A program made the position numbers and the translations under genes. DNA of 64,000 nt from Utricularia gibba (Eukaryota; Plantae; Magnoliophyta): the NCBI GenBank assembly GCA_002189035.1, contig NEEC01000013.1, positions 682,001 through 746,000 on the forward strand, written 5' to 3'. This document shows positions 12,170-25,100 of this stretch, piece by piece; position 1 is the stretch's first letter; each line of letters begins with the position of its first letter. Under the pieces are notes generated by a model. The model saw only the letters and a program-made list of their open reading frames with translations, did not search any database and was not told the DNA's origin.

Positions 12170-13270
12170 CATAATATAAATTTATGTACAATATCATGCA
12201 TAATATAAATTTAAAATAAAAAAATCAATTCAAAATATTCCAAATAATTATATGACGTATAATACTAATTTAAAATAAAAAATATACATTCGATCGAAAT
12301 AAGACTTAAAAATCTAGTACATAATACAAATTTGAAATAAAAAATAGCATTCAATTCAAATAACATATAAATAGTAATGCTGAATATAAATTTAAAAGAA
12401 AAATAATATACATTTGATTTGGTGAAAATCCACTATATTTTGAGCTCATAATATTTTTTTCAATTTTAAATTATCTATTCTATTCATATATATACATATT
12501 TTATAAACTCAATTTTGTTAAATATTATAAATTATTATTTTTATATGGATAAAGAATTAAAATATAAAAATTTTATTTATTGGAATTAAAAAAATTAAAA
12601 AAGACAAAGATAGATAGTTTTTTTCACACACATACATGTAGTAGATAGATTTAGATTTGTAAACTCAGTTTTAGATAGTTGGTATGTTTACAAATAATCA
12701 TGCACATTGTAATTAAAGTTACTATACGTTTCTTTTCTTAAATGATCATTCTTGGTGTGAATTGATTGAATATTGTATTGAATGATTTTTATTTTTTTAT
12801 TCATTTACAATTATATGACTGTAGTTTACATCATAAACTGAAAAAAATGCATAAATTTTAAAAATATATATACATGCAATCAATCCAAATAGAGCCTAAG
12901 TCTTTATTCATAATACAAATTTAAAATATAAAAAATATACGTTTAATTTAAATAAAACTTAAGGATCAAATAACAAACTTAAAAAAACATTCGATTCAAA
13001 TAAAATCTAATGATCTATTGATAACACAATTTTAAAATAAAGAAATTTGCACTCAATCGAAATAACAACTAATGAGTAATAATAAAAATTTAAAATAAAA
13101 AAATATGCACTAGATTAAAATAAAACCTAAGAATCAAGTGATAATATAAATTTGACATAAAAATATATACTCGATTCAAATAAAATTTAAGTATCAATTG
13201 CAATTACAAAATTAAAATGAAAAATGTGCAATTGATCCAAATAATGCGTAAGTATTGAGTGCAAATAAAT
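12170..13270. repeat. Degenerate ~60-bp AT-rich tandem repeat in two blocks (about 12170-12420 and 12900-13270)
   Basis: Recurring unit ATAATA(C/T)AAATTTAAAATAAAAAATAT(A/G)CA(C/T)TCGAT(T/C)(C/G)AAATAA..., roughly ten copies, interrupted by ~480 bp of unrelated sequence. Confidence 0.7.
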
Positions 13271-13648
13271 ACAATTGAAATAAACTATATTTATTATGAC
13301 AATTAAATTATACCCAATAAATGTAATTATTTATCACTTGTGTCTTGTTTTCATTTCATTTATTCATACGAATAAATATAATTAATCAAAATTTATCATG
13401 TATTCTCATACATATTATTTTATAAAGATATCTTCATCTTTAATTACAAAAATAACACATTCAAAAGAAATAATGGTAAGGCATAAATCAATATTTTCAA
13501 AAATAATTTCACAATATGAACAAAAAGTAGATAAATATAAGTGTTCATAATTCATAGGTTCTCATTAATCTGCATAACAAAATAGATAAAACATAAAAAT
13601 GTATAATAACATTAGAATCTAAAGAGTAGTAGCAATATCTTTCACTAT

Positions 13649-14813
13649 TGATAAACAAAAAATTTGTGCAAAGTCGTTAATTTGCAAATTTCTCCTATTA
13701 AATAAATTTATAACTTAACATATATTGAAACATAATACAATTATGAGTATAGTGATTATGGTCGAACACAAAGAGCAGGTGTTTGTCATGTGAAAGTCAA
13801 TGCATGAAATTAATGTCACGTTGGTAAATTTGGTCTTAACTAATACTAAGGCAGAGCTGCGATAAAATACAATAAAGAAATGTAACAAACTTATGAACTC
13901 GGTTGTTTCTGGAACGAAATGGGTGATAACTTGGGATTCCTAGAGGATGTTTGCTTATCACTAAACACGCTTACACAAACCATAAATCAAACACTTAACA
14001 CACAGGGCCTAGGTCTATCCGAACTCTTGTTTTCCCCCTAATCTTTGGTCTACCTCTAATTAGGTTTGTTAATATGGGTTTCACTACTTCCCCCTCCTGC
14101 ATCTATCCTGGTTTGTTAAGGAAGTGGCGTGACTTATGGTTGATTAGGTTTAAAGATTGACTAGCACAAATCTCCCATTTTCACCCCAAGGCACCCCTAA
14201 ATACTTAGCCACTCATGTTTAAGATGAATGAAATTAAAAAAAAAACATCATCCACAATATAATCATGTCTCAGTCGACTACCAAGAAATAAACAAGCAGG
14301 AAATTTAAAATTTCAATAGAAAGCTAGAAATACTGATAGCTACTTTTAGCTGAGAGTAATACTTTTTGGAAATATAAAATAGTCTTCAAACATCAGCTTC
14401 GTTCATGTTCTTCTTGCTCCTTCCCCCTCTAGAAACCTTCTCCCGAAAGAATGTAGTGTCTCTAATGGGGGAGATCTTTTTCTCTCTTCATCTTGTCCCC
14501 TTTTTGTCCAAAATCCTACTTTTTTCGTCCTTAGATTTTGTGTGTACTCATTTTCAGACTTCTATCTCATCTTCTGCCACTACACTGTGCATATCCGGCT
14601 TCTTGGGATTTGTGTTGCGACCTATGATGCATTACTCAAAGAAAACTATTAAAAGGTTGGGACTAAATCGTAAATTTAGTCTCAATTAAGACTAAAATAA
14701 CACAACTGCAGTACTTATGCGCAAAAATATAGAAATAGGCAGTAAAACTTAAGTTTTGTAGCATAATATGAGTAATTTCCATGTAATCAATCATTCAAAA
14801 ATATGTGTTATCA
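13649..14813 (-). mobile_element. Solo LTR, Athila-like Ty3/gypsy family (copy 2)
   Basis: TGATAA...TTATCA termini; flanks ACTAT/ACCAT (5-bp TSD with one mismatch); direct repeat of 9916-11086. Confidence 0.85.
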
Positions 14814-14849
14814 ACCATTGTCATACATTGACCTTCATTATTAACTCAC

Positions 14850-15720
14850 CAACCTTCATAATTGTTGAATCATTTATTTCAAGTGGTAATATTAGCTACT
14901 TGTTCATGTTTTTTGATCATCAACGTATCATAACCAAGTCTTAGTACAAGTCGGTCTATTGCTTGAGTTGTAATATCAGTCATTTTTTCCATTTGGGGTG
15001 CTAATTCTATAGTTTTGGAAGATTAAATCTTCCTCTTCACATGAAACTTGATTTTTGATGTAGATAAGTTATGTGACACATTATTAAAATGTTCCTAAAA
15101 CATTGGCTGCAAAGAGAATGATTCAATATCATTAACATCAATAGATGAATTATCCTTATCATCTTCATGAGCATCTTCAAGAAATTCATTGTATCCAACT
15201 GCGAATTTTTCAATTGCATGATCTCTTTGAAATATTTATTTCCAATATGGAAATAATGAAAATGGTTTATATTTCAACTTTGTCAATTTTGGAGTATTCT
15301 GTAAAAATAAATGAAGTTCTAACAATTAACTATAATGTATATAATATTACATTATTTCACGTAAAAAACTGTACTTGAATTATTTATTGTTAGATTTATG
15401 ATGTGGCATCAATCATATAATTTGAGGCATTCCAACCTATTCCAAAATGATTTAATAGGTCCAAAGTATCAGAATATACATTTTTCCTTGTATGAGACTT
15501 TCACTCAATATGAGGGATTACACATAAATCTCATTAAGGACAAATTGTATGATATGCAAATATAAGAAATAACTCTTCTTGCATTGTTCAACATCATTTT
15601 TTTGTCGTCTAGAATTTGATGAATTGTTATTGCTACCAAATTACCTATAAAAATTCTTGTCATCATCGGTCAATCTACTAGTCTTCTTTCTAATATTTCT
15701 CCTTTCGTCCATCTAATAAA
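14850..15720 (-). pseudogene. PIF/Harbinger ORF1 (Myb/SANT-like DNA-binding protein) remnant
   Basis: Minus-strand pieces LDLLNHFGIGWNASNYMIDATS (cf. SGFGWNP..MI.A..EVW) and, after an AG acceptor near 15300, NTPKLTKLKYKPFSLFPYWK*IFQRDHAIEKFAVG (cf. KPFPLFDEL..IFGKDRATG). Confidence 0.65.
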
Positions 15721-16445
15721 GACAAATGAAAAAAGAGAAATTACATGGATTTGAAAATAAAGATTTTTAAGAAAAATACTTACCAATGTGCATGTGGAGA
15801 GAACTACTAAACCTTTGCTTTGGGATGGGTGGATTAGGGAAGAGACATATTGGTTTTAAATATGAGAAAAAAACATATTAAATATGTTAAATAATTTAAG
15901 GATTAAAAATATAATTAATCAAATGTTTTGATTTATATATCAGTTTTTTATATCATTTTTATTTCTAATGTATCAAACATAAAAATTCTTTAAAACTAAA
16001 TAAATGTTAACCCATCAAATATCCTAAATAACTCTAATGTAATTTATTCCAATCTTTCCTGCCAAACTGGCCCTGACATTATTAAAATTTTGACTGAAGC
16101 CGAGCTGAAAGGTTACGCCAATTCGAGCAGTTTGTGCCATGGATTTTAATACATATTTTTAAACAAATTGAGAATCCCATGTATGTATATTTTTAATACA
16201 CATTCATTTTATTATTATACACTTATTTTACACATTTTACCCAGTTTGTGATGGTTGACATTTCACTCAGAAACCCGAAATTGCAATTCAGATAGTCTTT
16301 CAACACCCTTTTTAGAATTCATGTCCACTCCCCAATTTTCCTAGAATAAAATATGCGCCTGTCCCTTTTTGGATTATTTCCTAAAGTTACTAAAGATCCA
16401 CTTGCAGTCTACGTTGAAGAGTTGAAATGTCCTTTTTAATTGGGA

Positions 16446-16577
16446 ATGTCAAATGGTATTCTCTCCCAGATTTCCCCTTCTCTCTATCGCTCTCTGGCTC
16501 TCCACAGACGCATCAAGTTCGCGACGTTCACCATCGGCGGTAATTCGCTCCAGGGGAGAATCGCGTTTTTCTGGTGA
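16446..16577 (+). other. Candidate 43-aa upstream ORF in the EIL3 leader
   Basis: ATG 16446, TGA 16575-16577: MSNGILSQISPSLYRSLALHRRIKFATFTIGGNSLQGRIAFFW*. Ends 25 nt before the main ATG. Whether the ATG is transcribed is unknown. Confidence 0.35.
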
Positions 16578-16602
16578 GTGCTGAAGCAGGCGTCTGATCA
16601 TC

Positions 16603-18815
16603 ATGGAAGATGCAGAAATCGGTATCAGGTAAGGATTTCTCGTAAATACGTTTGGTGAAAATCTTTTGGTGGACTTTGAATTGCAGTTGGTCAGAGATTT
16701 TGTTGATTTGCTTGTTATGCTGTGATTTAAAATTTTTTTTTTTCTGTTCTGATTATTAGGGTAAATGGTGTTGCTATAGAATCGCCCCATTTTTGTCTCT
16801 AGACTTTATGAAATATTTGGGCTTGAAGTTAGTTTTTTTTTATTATTTTGTTGTGATTGGCTTGATGGGAATGTTTTTGCAGTTCGGATATTGAAGTTGA
16901 TGAGATACGAGGTGATGAAGGTCTAGAGGAAAAAGATGTGAGTGATGAGGAGATTGAGGCTGAGGAGTTGAGGAAAAGAATGTGGAAGGACCATGTAAAG
17001 CTGAGGAGGATAAAGGAAAGAGAAAAGCTTGTAATTCAGAAATCTTCGGAGAAGCTGAAGAGCAAGTCCACCTCAGATCAGGCATGTCGAAAGAAAATGG
17101 CACGAGCTCAAGATGGTATTTTGAAGTACATGTTGAAGCTAATGGAAGTATGCAAGGCTCGTGGATTTGTGTATGGTATCATTCCTGAGAAAGGTAAACC
17201 AGTGAGCGGGGCATCTGATAATCTTAGAGCTTGGTGGAAAGAAAAGGTGAAGTTTGACAAAAATGGACTTGCAGCTATAGCAAAGTATGAAGCTGAATGC
17301 GTTTTGAAAGAAGATGGAGATGACAACAATGGAAACTCACAGAATGTACTTAAAGATTTACAGGATGCCACGCTGGGATCACTCCTGTCTTCATTGATGC
17401 AACACTGTGATCCACCCCAGAGGAAGTATCCTCTGGAAAAGGGAAACCCACCACCTTGGTGGCCAACCGGCAATGAGGAATGGTGGATGAGGTTAGGTCT
17501 TCCCACTGGGCAGACTCCTCCGTATAAGAAACCTCATGATCTGAAGAAGATGTGGAAGATAGGGGTCCTAACTGCTGTAATCAAGCATATGTCACCAGAT
17601 ATTGCGAAAATGAGAAGACTAATCCGGCAGTCGAAGTGTTTACAAGATAAGATGACTGCAAAAGAAACTGCGGTGTGGTTAAGTGTTTTAAGTCGGGAAG
17701 AAGCCCTCATTTGGCAACCTAGTTGTGAAAATGGTTCATCTGGCATTAGTGACGCACCTTCTAAAAGTCGTGGACATAAGAAGAAACCAACTGTTGAAAG
17801 TGATAGTGATTATGCGGTCGAAGATGTTGGTAGCGGCCTGGGAGCTGTGTCATCTAAAAGTGAAGGAAGACATCAATCACAGAGTATGAATCCTTCTGAA
17901 GCGTCATCCTGTGCTACAACTCAGGTCAAAAAACATGATGAGCGACCAAGAAAACGGAAACACCTAAAGTCAAATGCTGAACATGCAATGCATGGTGCAT
18001 CCAGAAACAAGCATGCACGTGATGATCTCGATGGTTCTTCTATGCAAGAACATCAAAATTCGATACCAGTGCATAGGTACATGATGAGCAACTCCCTTGA
18101 TGAAGTGAATAGAATGCCATCAATTATGCTGCATCGCAATGAGCAGGGGCAGGCCAACTTGGAAGAGTCTAATGTTGCCACCCACTGCTCATTTCCAACG
18201 ACTAATCCTGTCGCTATAGCAACTGCAGATCTCAGTAATAGGCACCTACATTTTCCAACCGTTCAAGGTTCTGATGTCATCCCCACTGGTCCAGATACAA
18301 CAACTCAAATGCCTCAAAGTAATAATTTGCATGGTCAGCGACAGCATTCTCAGTCACTGGGTCAGAATACTGTATTGGATCAGGGTCTTCAAAGCAGTAG
18401 ATTACACTACGAACCTATGCACGCAAATTCTCCATGGAAATATGGATTGCAAAACTTGGCAGTCCATCCAGGAACTCAGAGCTCAAGTAATCATCAGTTT
18501 AGTTCAAGTGTTGCAGGTGCTTCAGACATAGTTACAGGACTGTCAGCAGAAGTACTAACTGATTTTCCATATGGGCACGAGGATATTGCTACTCCTGGAA
18601 GTTTCCCTCATTATGTGAAAGGTGCACTACCAAAAGAGCCTGACAGGCCGACTGGGAATCAATTTCCATCCCCTCTCAGAACTTTGTCACCTGATTTAAC
18701 TGGATTCAGTACATTTGATCTTCCATTTGGTGGTGACAGTTTATTAGGCATCGACTTCCCCGTTGATGTTGATCCCACAGATGTAGATTATCTGATGGAG
18801 TACTTTGCTTCTTAA
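16603..18815 (+). CDS. EIL3: ETHYLENE INSENSITIVE 3-like 3 / SLIM1-type transcription factor, 2 exons
   Basis: Exon 1 16603-16628 (MEDAEIGI), GT-AG intron 16629-16882, exon 2 16883-18815. Acidic N-terminus [22 protein letters not shown]3 domain ([14 protein letters not shown]...PPWWPTG...[14 protein letters not shown]...[13 protein letters not shown]), and the C-terminal LMEYFAS typical of the EIL3 clade. The ORF track start at 16938 is a GTG. Confidence 0.95.
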
Positions 18816-21156
18816 GCCGGTGTTGGCAACGTCTGCCGGTAAACTGTTAGCTTATGTATGGCTGATGAGATTTGGTGCTCACCAGAACAGCCATGCAAGA
18901 TTCTTTGCCGTTGCGTTTTGTGTTGCATTGTGAAAGAAAAAAATGGTCTTCCAGGCAGTTTGTACTACGAGAGGTCAAGGCCATGAAGAACTGCATTGCA
19001 TCTGTTTAGAACAGTTACATTTCTGGAGAATAATGTACATAGATTTCAATTTATTTACATCTGCGTGTGACAACGGTGTCGGACGCAGTGTCACGGGGAC
19101 ACATCGTTTTTTTGTTTCCAATAAGTCCTCTGACTGTCAGCAGGGAAGAATTCCTGAATAGCTGCAACTAATGATGCTCTGTAAGTTTCCTCATGCTGCC
19201 ATAATTTGTTTCTTATCGAGAGCTCTGTTGGAAATCAAAGCCTTTCTTAAGACAAAAGCTTGTTGATGATGACAATGAAGTACTGCTGGTGCGATTGGAT
19301 GAAATGTAGAAGTTTCAGAAATTTTATCTTTTATTAATTTTTGTATTAGAAAGAAAGTTAAGGAAGTTTTAGCTATAGATGTAGAAAGTTCTAATGGTGC
19401 ATTGTGTGTTGAATTAAAAAAAAATTTGTTTTCTTTGGTTTTTGTTCTTTTACAATAAAGATTTTTTTTTGTAATAAAGTGGTATCAGAGTATTTTTCAA
19501 TCCTAAAAATGTTTAACGGTGGTCCTCTATTTGTCTTGCTCCTTACAAAAAAGGTAACTTGAGAATTGGTGTTTGCGGATAAAGGGTGTTGTTTGGTGCG
19601 TATGAATTCTCGAATGTTTCTATTAAAATAGATGAAACATCAGATGCAATGACACACAACACGACAAGAAGGCTTTGTTGTTGATATATCACACCTTGGA
19701 TGAGAAAATATTTGAAAAAGTTGCTAGAGCAACAAATGCAAAGTAAGCTTGGGATGCTTTGCAGATCTCATTCTAGGGGGTTGATCAAGTCAAAAGAGTG
19801 CACCTACAAACACTGTGTGGAGAGTTTGAGAGCATCATATAGTTAGCCAATGAAGGAATCATTGATTACTTGATCCAAGTTCAAGCAATTACAAACCAAA
19901 TGAACTACTACCATATTGTTGATAAGGTGCTTCGTTCCTGGGACAAGAAGTATGATCATATTGCTATTGCCATCGAATCTTGATTAGTTGCCCTTGATGA
20001 GCTTAGTGGTTCGCTCCTCGTATATGAAGAACACCAAAAGCGGCATGATGAAACTCAATTACTTCAAGTTAAAATATATGAGATTGGAAAGCCCACTTGC
20101 AATCAGGGAAGAGATCAAAGCACTAGTAGAGGTTGTGGTCATGGACGATGGTATACAACTTATCATTATCAAAATCATGAAAATTTTGATGGTTCATGTC
20201 CTCGAGGTTGTTGGAATCGAAGAGGAAGAGGAGGAAGAAATAATGAGGCTAGCACATCAAAACAAGTTGATAAATCAAATGTTGATTGTTATTCTTGTCA
20301 TTGGAAGGGTCATTATTCTTGAAAATGTCAGAATGATATTGAGTGATCAAATGTTGTGCAGGAAGCTCCAAAACTAACAGATGTGAGACTAGCTCCACAA
20401 TACTTCTCATGACTTGCATAAAAGTTGCAACCTCATCTTTTGATTCAAATGTATGGTATTTGGACTCTGAAACTAGTAGTCATATGTGTGGAAATCAAAC
20501 ATTATTTCATCAGCATGATACATCTTTTGCAAGAAAAATTTTTCTTAGAGACTCTACTAAACTTCCTGTGAGAGGAAAGGATGATATAATATGTTCCTTG
20601 AAGAGTCATAAAATCATTTCAGGTGTGCTGTGTGTTCGAGGCCTAAAATGCAATACTTTAAGTCTTAGGCAATCTTTACAAATAGTAGACTAGAGATCAA
20701 AGATGAGAAGAAAAACAAGATTGCAAGTGTGATTATGACATCAAACCATATGTTTTTGTTGACGTTTAATAATGCTTCTCCCATTGGCTTGAAACTTTGA
20801 TATGAATTAGAATCTTGGAAATGGCATATGAGATATGGTCATTTGAACTTTGATGATCTCTCGATGTTCAGCAAGAGGGAAATGGTCAAAGGATTACCAC
20901 ACATTTCTTACCCAAATCAATTATGTGAAGGTTGTGTTATTAGAAAGCAAACAAGGACTACCATTTCCAAATTTTTTATATACCGTGGGAATGTCTCCAT
21001 TGGCATTAATTTATGGAGATGTGTGCGGGACTATCAAATCCAGCACATATGGAGAAAATAATTATTTTTTGTTGTTTGTGTATGATTATTCAAGATTTGG
21101 ATTTATTTCATGAAACACAAATCTAAAGTGTTTGGTTTATTTCGAGAATTTCAAGT

Positions 21157-22080
21157 TGATAACACACATTTTATTAGTGTTTTTAGTTTATAAAATTGAG
21201 GTGTTTAATGATAAAATTAGGTATTTTAATTATGATTTTTAATATTTTGTTAATTGTAGTGTTATTTGTATTTTTATATATAATTTAGTCTATATTATGA
21301 TTTCTAATGTTCGTCTAAATGTTAGCGACAACATTGTGGATCACATTTAACTAATTCATTACCACAATTCGATGGACACAAGATATAAGGAGAAGACATG
21401 ATTGATATTCAGCTGCCTAAAGTCTGTAGGTTAAATCCAAGAACAGTATGGATATCAAGAGCAATGTATTGACTTTGGAAAATGAAAAAAAAGAAATGAA
21501 GATATTTTTGGAAAGAGAGAAAAAATAAAGACATTGGGACCAGAGCCCGAGAGAGGGGAGGAAGAACATGAAGAAAGGAAGAGAAGACAATTTTCTAGAA
21601 GAAAAATCTTAAATGTGAAGAACAAACACCGAAACCTAATTCAATCCTACTATTTGAAGCTGTGAACAGTAGCAGATAAAGAACAGGATTACTCTACTTT
21701 GTTTTTTTTGTTTGTTCATATTTTTCCATGACTATTTGTTTAACAATGTTTGAGATGTTTTCTTCAACTTAATTTAATGATATCATGCTTAAGGTGTGAA
21801 TATGTAATGTGGATTAGGGTTCATAAGATAACTGATCATTGTATCTTAGTTTTTGTTTATATTATTCCTAAGGTAGACCTAAGGGGGGGGGGGGGGGGAG
21901 AACAAATAGCTTTGCAACTCAAATGTTTAATTTAGAGGTAGACCAATAAATCAAGATGAAGATAATAGGTGTTAGTCCTAAATAGAACCAATAGAGCTGG
22001 ATAGATCAAGTTTTACATAATTCGCACATGGGTATACCTAAATGTAGGATGGATGATGATCTTATAAACTATCTTAACTA
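21157..22080 (+). mobile_element. Truncated Athila-like LTR inserted in copia A
   Basis: Begins TGATAACACACATTTT, the reverse complement of the solo-LTR end; shares the AGAGGTAGACCAA(T/C)AAATCAA block with the other copies; contains a G16 run (21883-21898). Confidence 0.7.
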
Positions 22081-22149
22081 AAAACATGAAAAATAACGTT
22101 GGTATCTAACACCACCTTTTCTTCCACCATTTTTTCCATCATCATTGCC

Positions 22150-25100
22150 GATGGTATCTAACATTCCATCTACAGTTGGATCTACTCGTATAATGAATCA
22201 TTATTTTTACCCCCAATAATGGCAGTCGCAATCTCAACCTATGGCTATTCATTTTTATGATGCTTTCTATTTAAGTGGGTCAGAAAATCCTAGTACCTCT
22301 TTAGAGTTAGAGCTCTTGATTACGAAAAATTTTCTTGATTGGAGCCGTTTTGTGAAGATCACCCTGGGTGCAAAAAACAAAATGAGTTTCATCGATGGAA
22401 CCCAACCAATTCCTATGGTAAGTTCACCAGAATTTCTTGTATAGAGAAGAGTAAAATTGTATGGTACTTTCATGGTTGCTAAGTTCAATATCTTCTGATT
22501 TGGTTGGGAAATCTAACAATGCTACTACTTCACGAGATCTATGGGTGAATCTAGAGAAGCATTTTGATCAATTCAATATGTCCATGATTTATCAGATTTA
22601 GCGAGATATTTTCACCATCACACAAGGAGATAATACTATAGCCCGATATTATAGTAGGTTGGTGACTCTATGGCAAGATATGGATGCTACGATGCCTCAA
22701 ATCAGTTGTGAATCATGTGGCTGTGCTATTACTTATAGCAGGTGTGGCAATCGTATGTTGGGTTCAAATTCAATGGGAGTAATGAGATTGACACAATTCT
22801 TAAAGGGGCTTCGTGATAAATATGAGCCCATCAGTAATCAGATTTTAATTATGGATGTTGTACCTAATGTGGGGAAGGCTTACAACATGCTTCTTAACGT
22901 TGAAAAACAAGAGCAATCAGCACCAACATTAAATGGGGGCCTGAAGAAGGAGCATTTATGATCCACACCTTCCAAATGAAGTCATCTTCTCTACCGAAAA
23001 ACAAAGGAAAAGAAAAGGAGAAATGGTTTTGCATCTACTGTCAAAAAACTAATCATGTGAGGGAGCCTTGTTTTGAATTTCATGGAATACCACTTTGGCA
23101 TCCTAAATACTAGGTAAGCTAAGGAGTAATCAAAAGACCAAGTAAGCATGGAAGCCTAAATACAAAACTAATCTTATTGAAACTCCTCTTGATGAGACTC
23201 TGCCAATACAAAGATCGACTTCAAAATCTACTGGACAAAATGTAAGCATTGAAATAGTGTAGAAAATTTTTCAAGAGGAAATGCAAAAAATGCTCAAGGT
23301 TCCCTCTTTCTCAAATCAAGCAAATACTACTCAATTTGGATCCTTCTCAGGTATGGTTTCTAACCAAACTAGTCTGTCACTTCCCGCATGCTATGCTAGT
23401 GATTGGGTAATTGACGGTGGTGCTACGTCTCATGTTACATGCAATCATCACCTCTTTGTTAACTCTCAGCCATTGTATGTCCTTATTCCCATTACCTTGC
23501 CTAATGGTACTCTTAATTCTGTCCAGCATGTCAATTCCGTTGTTTTATGTGCCGATGTTGTTCTCAATAACATTTAGCATTTTTTGAGCTTTAAGTATAA
23601 CTTACTCTCTATAAAGCAACTCAGACTTATCAATTCTATTTCAGTTATGTTCACTAGTCCTTGCTCTTTTTTGCAGGACCAAGCTAATGGAAAAATTTTA
23701 GGGGTGGGAAGAGTCAAATGCGAACTTTATTTGTTGGATAAGTTATCTTTTCAACCTCACGTTTTGAAGTTTTTCTCCAATGTTCAGAACGAGCCAAATT
23801 CTATTTCCAATTTCTTGTTCAGCCATGGTGCTATTTTGTTGAACAATATTGCTGTATATTAAGAGTCATAATGTGGTCAAGATGCCAATCTGTGGTGGCA
23901 TTGTCATTTTGGCTATGTTTCTAATTCCAAAGCAGCCCATTTACATGTTCCTTCTACTTTGAATGGGATTCCATGTGATGTGTGCCAATTTTCAAAATTT
24001 CAACGATTGTCTTTTCCAAACAGCACCACTAATAGACCTCACCTGTTTTTTCTTCTACATTATGATTTTTTGGGGGGGAGGGGGTCCTTATAAGACAAAG
24101 ACCATTATTGAGGATTCTTATTTTCTCACCATTGTAGACCCCCATAGCCGAACAACATGGACTTTCCTTCTTCAAACGAAATCTATTGTCGCTTCTCATT
24201 TATCAAGGTTTATCACTGTGGTTAAGAAGCAGTTTAGTTATCTTGTTAGAAGAATTCAAAGTGATAATGGGGGGAATTTATTGGTTGTGTTATTCAAGTC
24301 ATGTGTGAGGAAAAACGCATTTTTCACAAATATCCATGTCCTTACACATCACAATAAAATGGGGTGGTAGAAAAGAAGTATAAACACTTGCTTAAAGTAA
24401 CTAGAGCCCTATTCTTTCATTCTCACCTCCCTAAGGAGTTTCGGGGTGAGGCTTTCCTATTGCAAGCTACCTTATTAACCAGCTACCATCTCAATCCCTT
24501 GATTGGAAATCTCTGAATGAACTTCTCTTTCATCGCACTCCTCCCCTTAGTTGATATGATCAGTCCAAGTCGTCATAAACTTGATCATAGGGCTATCAAA
24601 GGGATTTTTTTGGGTTACCCAATGTCCTATAAAGGGCATAAAGTGTATGAATTACATTCTAAGAAGATTTTTGTATGAAGGGATGTAAATTTTTTTGAAG
24701 CTTTTTTTCTCTTTTAAAGATCATTTTCCTAAATCTATTGATTTGCTTACCAGTATTCTAGAGATGTATCCATCTAGATACATTCGAGAGATTCTCTTCT
24801 CCCCATTTGGATCATGAACCTCCTTATTCCTCTATTCCCACTATCCATTTGGATCATGAATCTAATACTTCACCATCAATAACTTCTGATTTTAATCACC
24901 CCTCTCCTTCATCTACAATCATCGAACATGAAACACCTTCATCGACTACTGATACTTCATCCCCTACTCTGTGCTATGATGTTTTTGTTGACTCTTTGAT
25001 TGAACCATCTTCCTCTGAGCAATCGCCTCACTTTGACAATGTTACCATGCCTTCGATTCCACGCCGCAGCCAGTGGGTTCCAAAACCACCTTTTTGGTCT

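Larger units (their letters stand above)
6335..16073. mobile_element. Degenerate, formerly autonomous PIF/Harbinger element (~9.7 kb including nested insertions)
   Basis: Left TIR GGACCAGTTTGG (6335-6346) preceded by TAA; right TIR CCAAACTGGCCC (16062-16073) followed by TGA; 11/12 match and a near 3-bp TAA TSD. Encloses a + strand transposase remnant and a convergent - strand Myb/SANT ORF remnant. Confidence 0.7.

Noticed and set aside
12409-12899. Tourist-like MITE splitting the 60-bp repeat (CCAAATAGAGCC-TAA at 12885-12899)
   Set aside because: Only the right TIR is convincing; the left end is too degenerate to call.
9916-14813. Two 1.17-kb direct repeats read as the two LTRs of one retroelement
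   Set aside because: Each has its own TSD, and there is no PBS, PPT or gag-pol between them.
16449-17746. Several minus-strand ORFs over EIL3
   Set aside because: Antisense shadows of a long coding exon.
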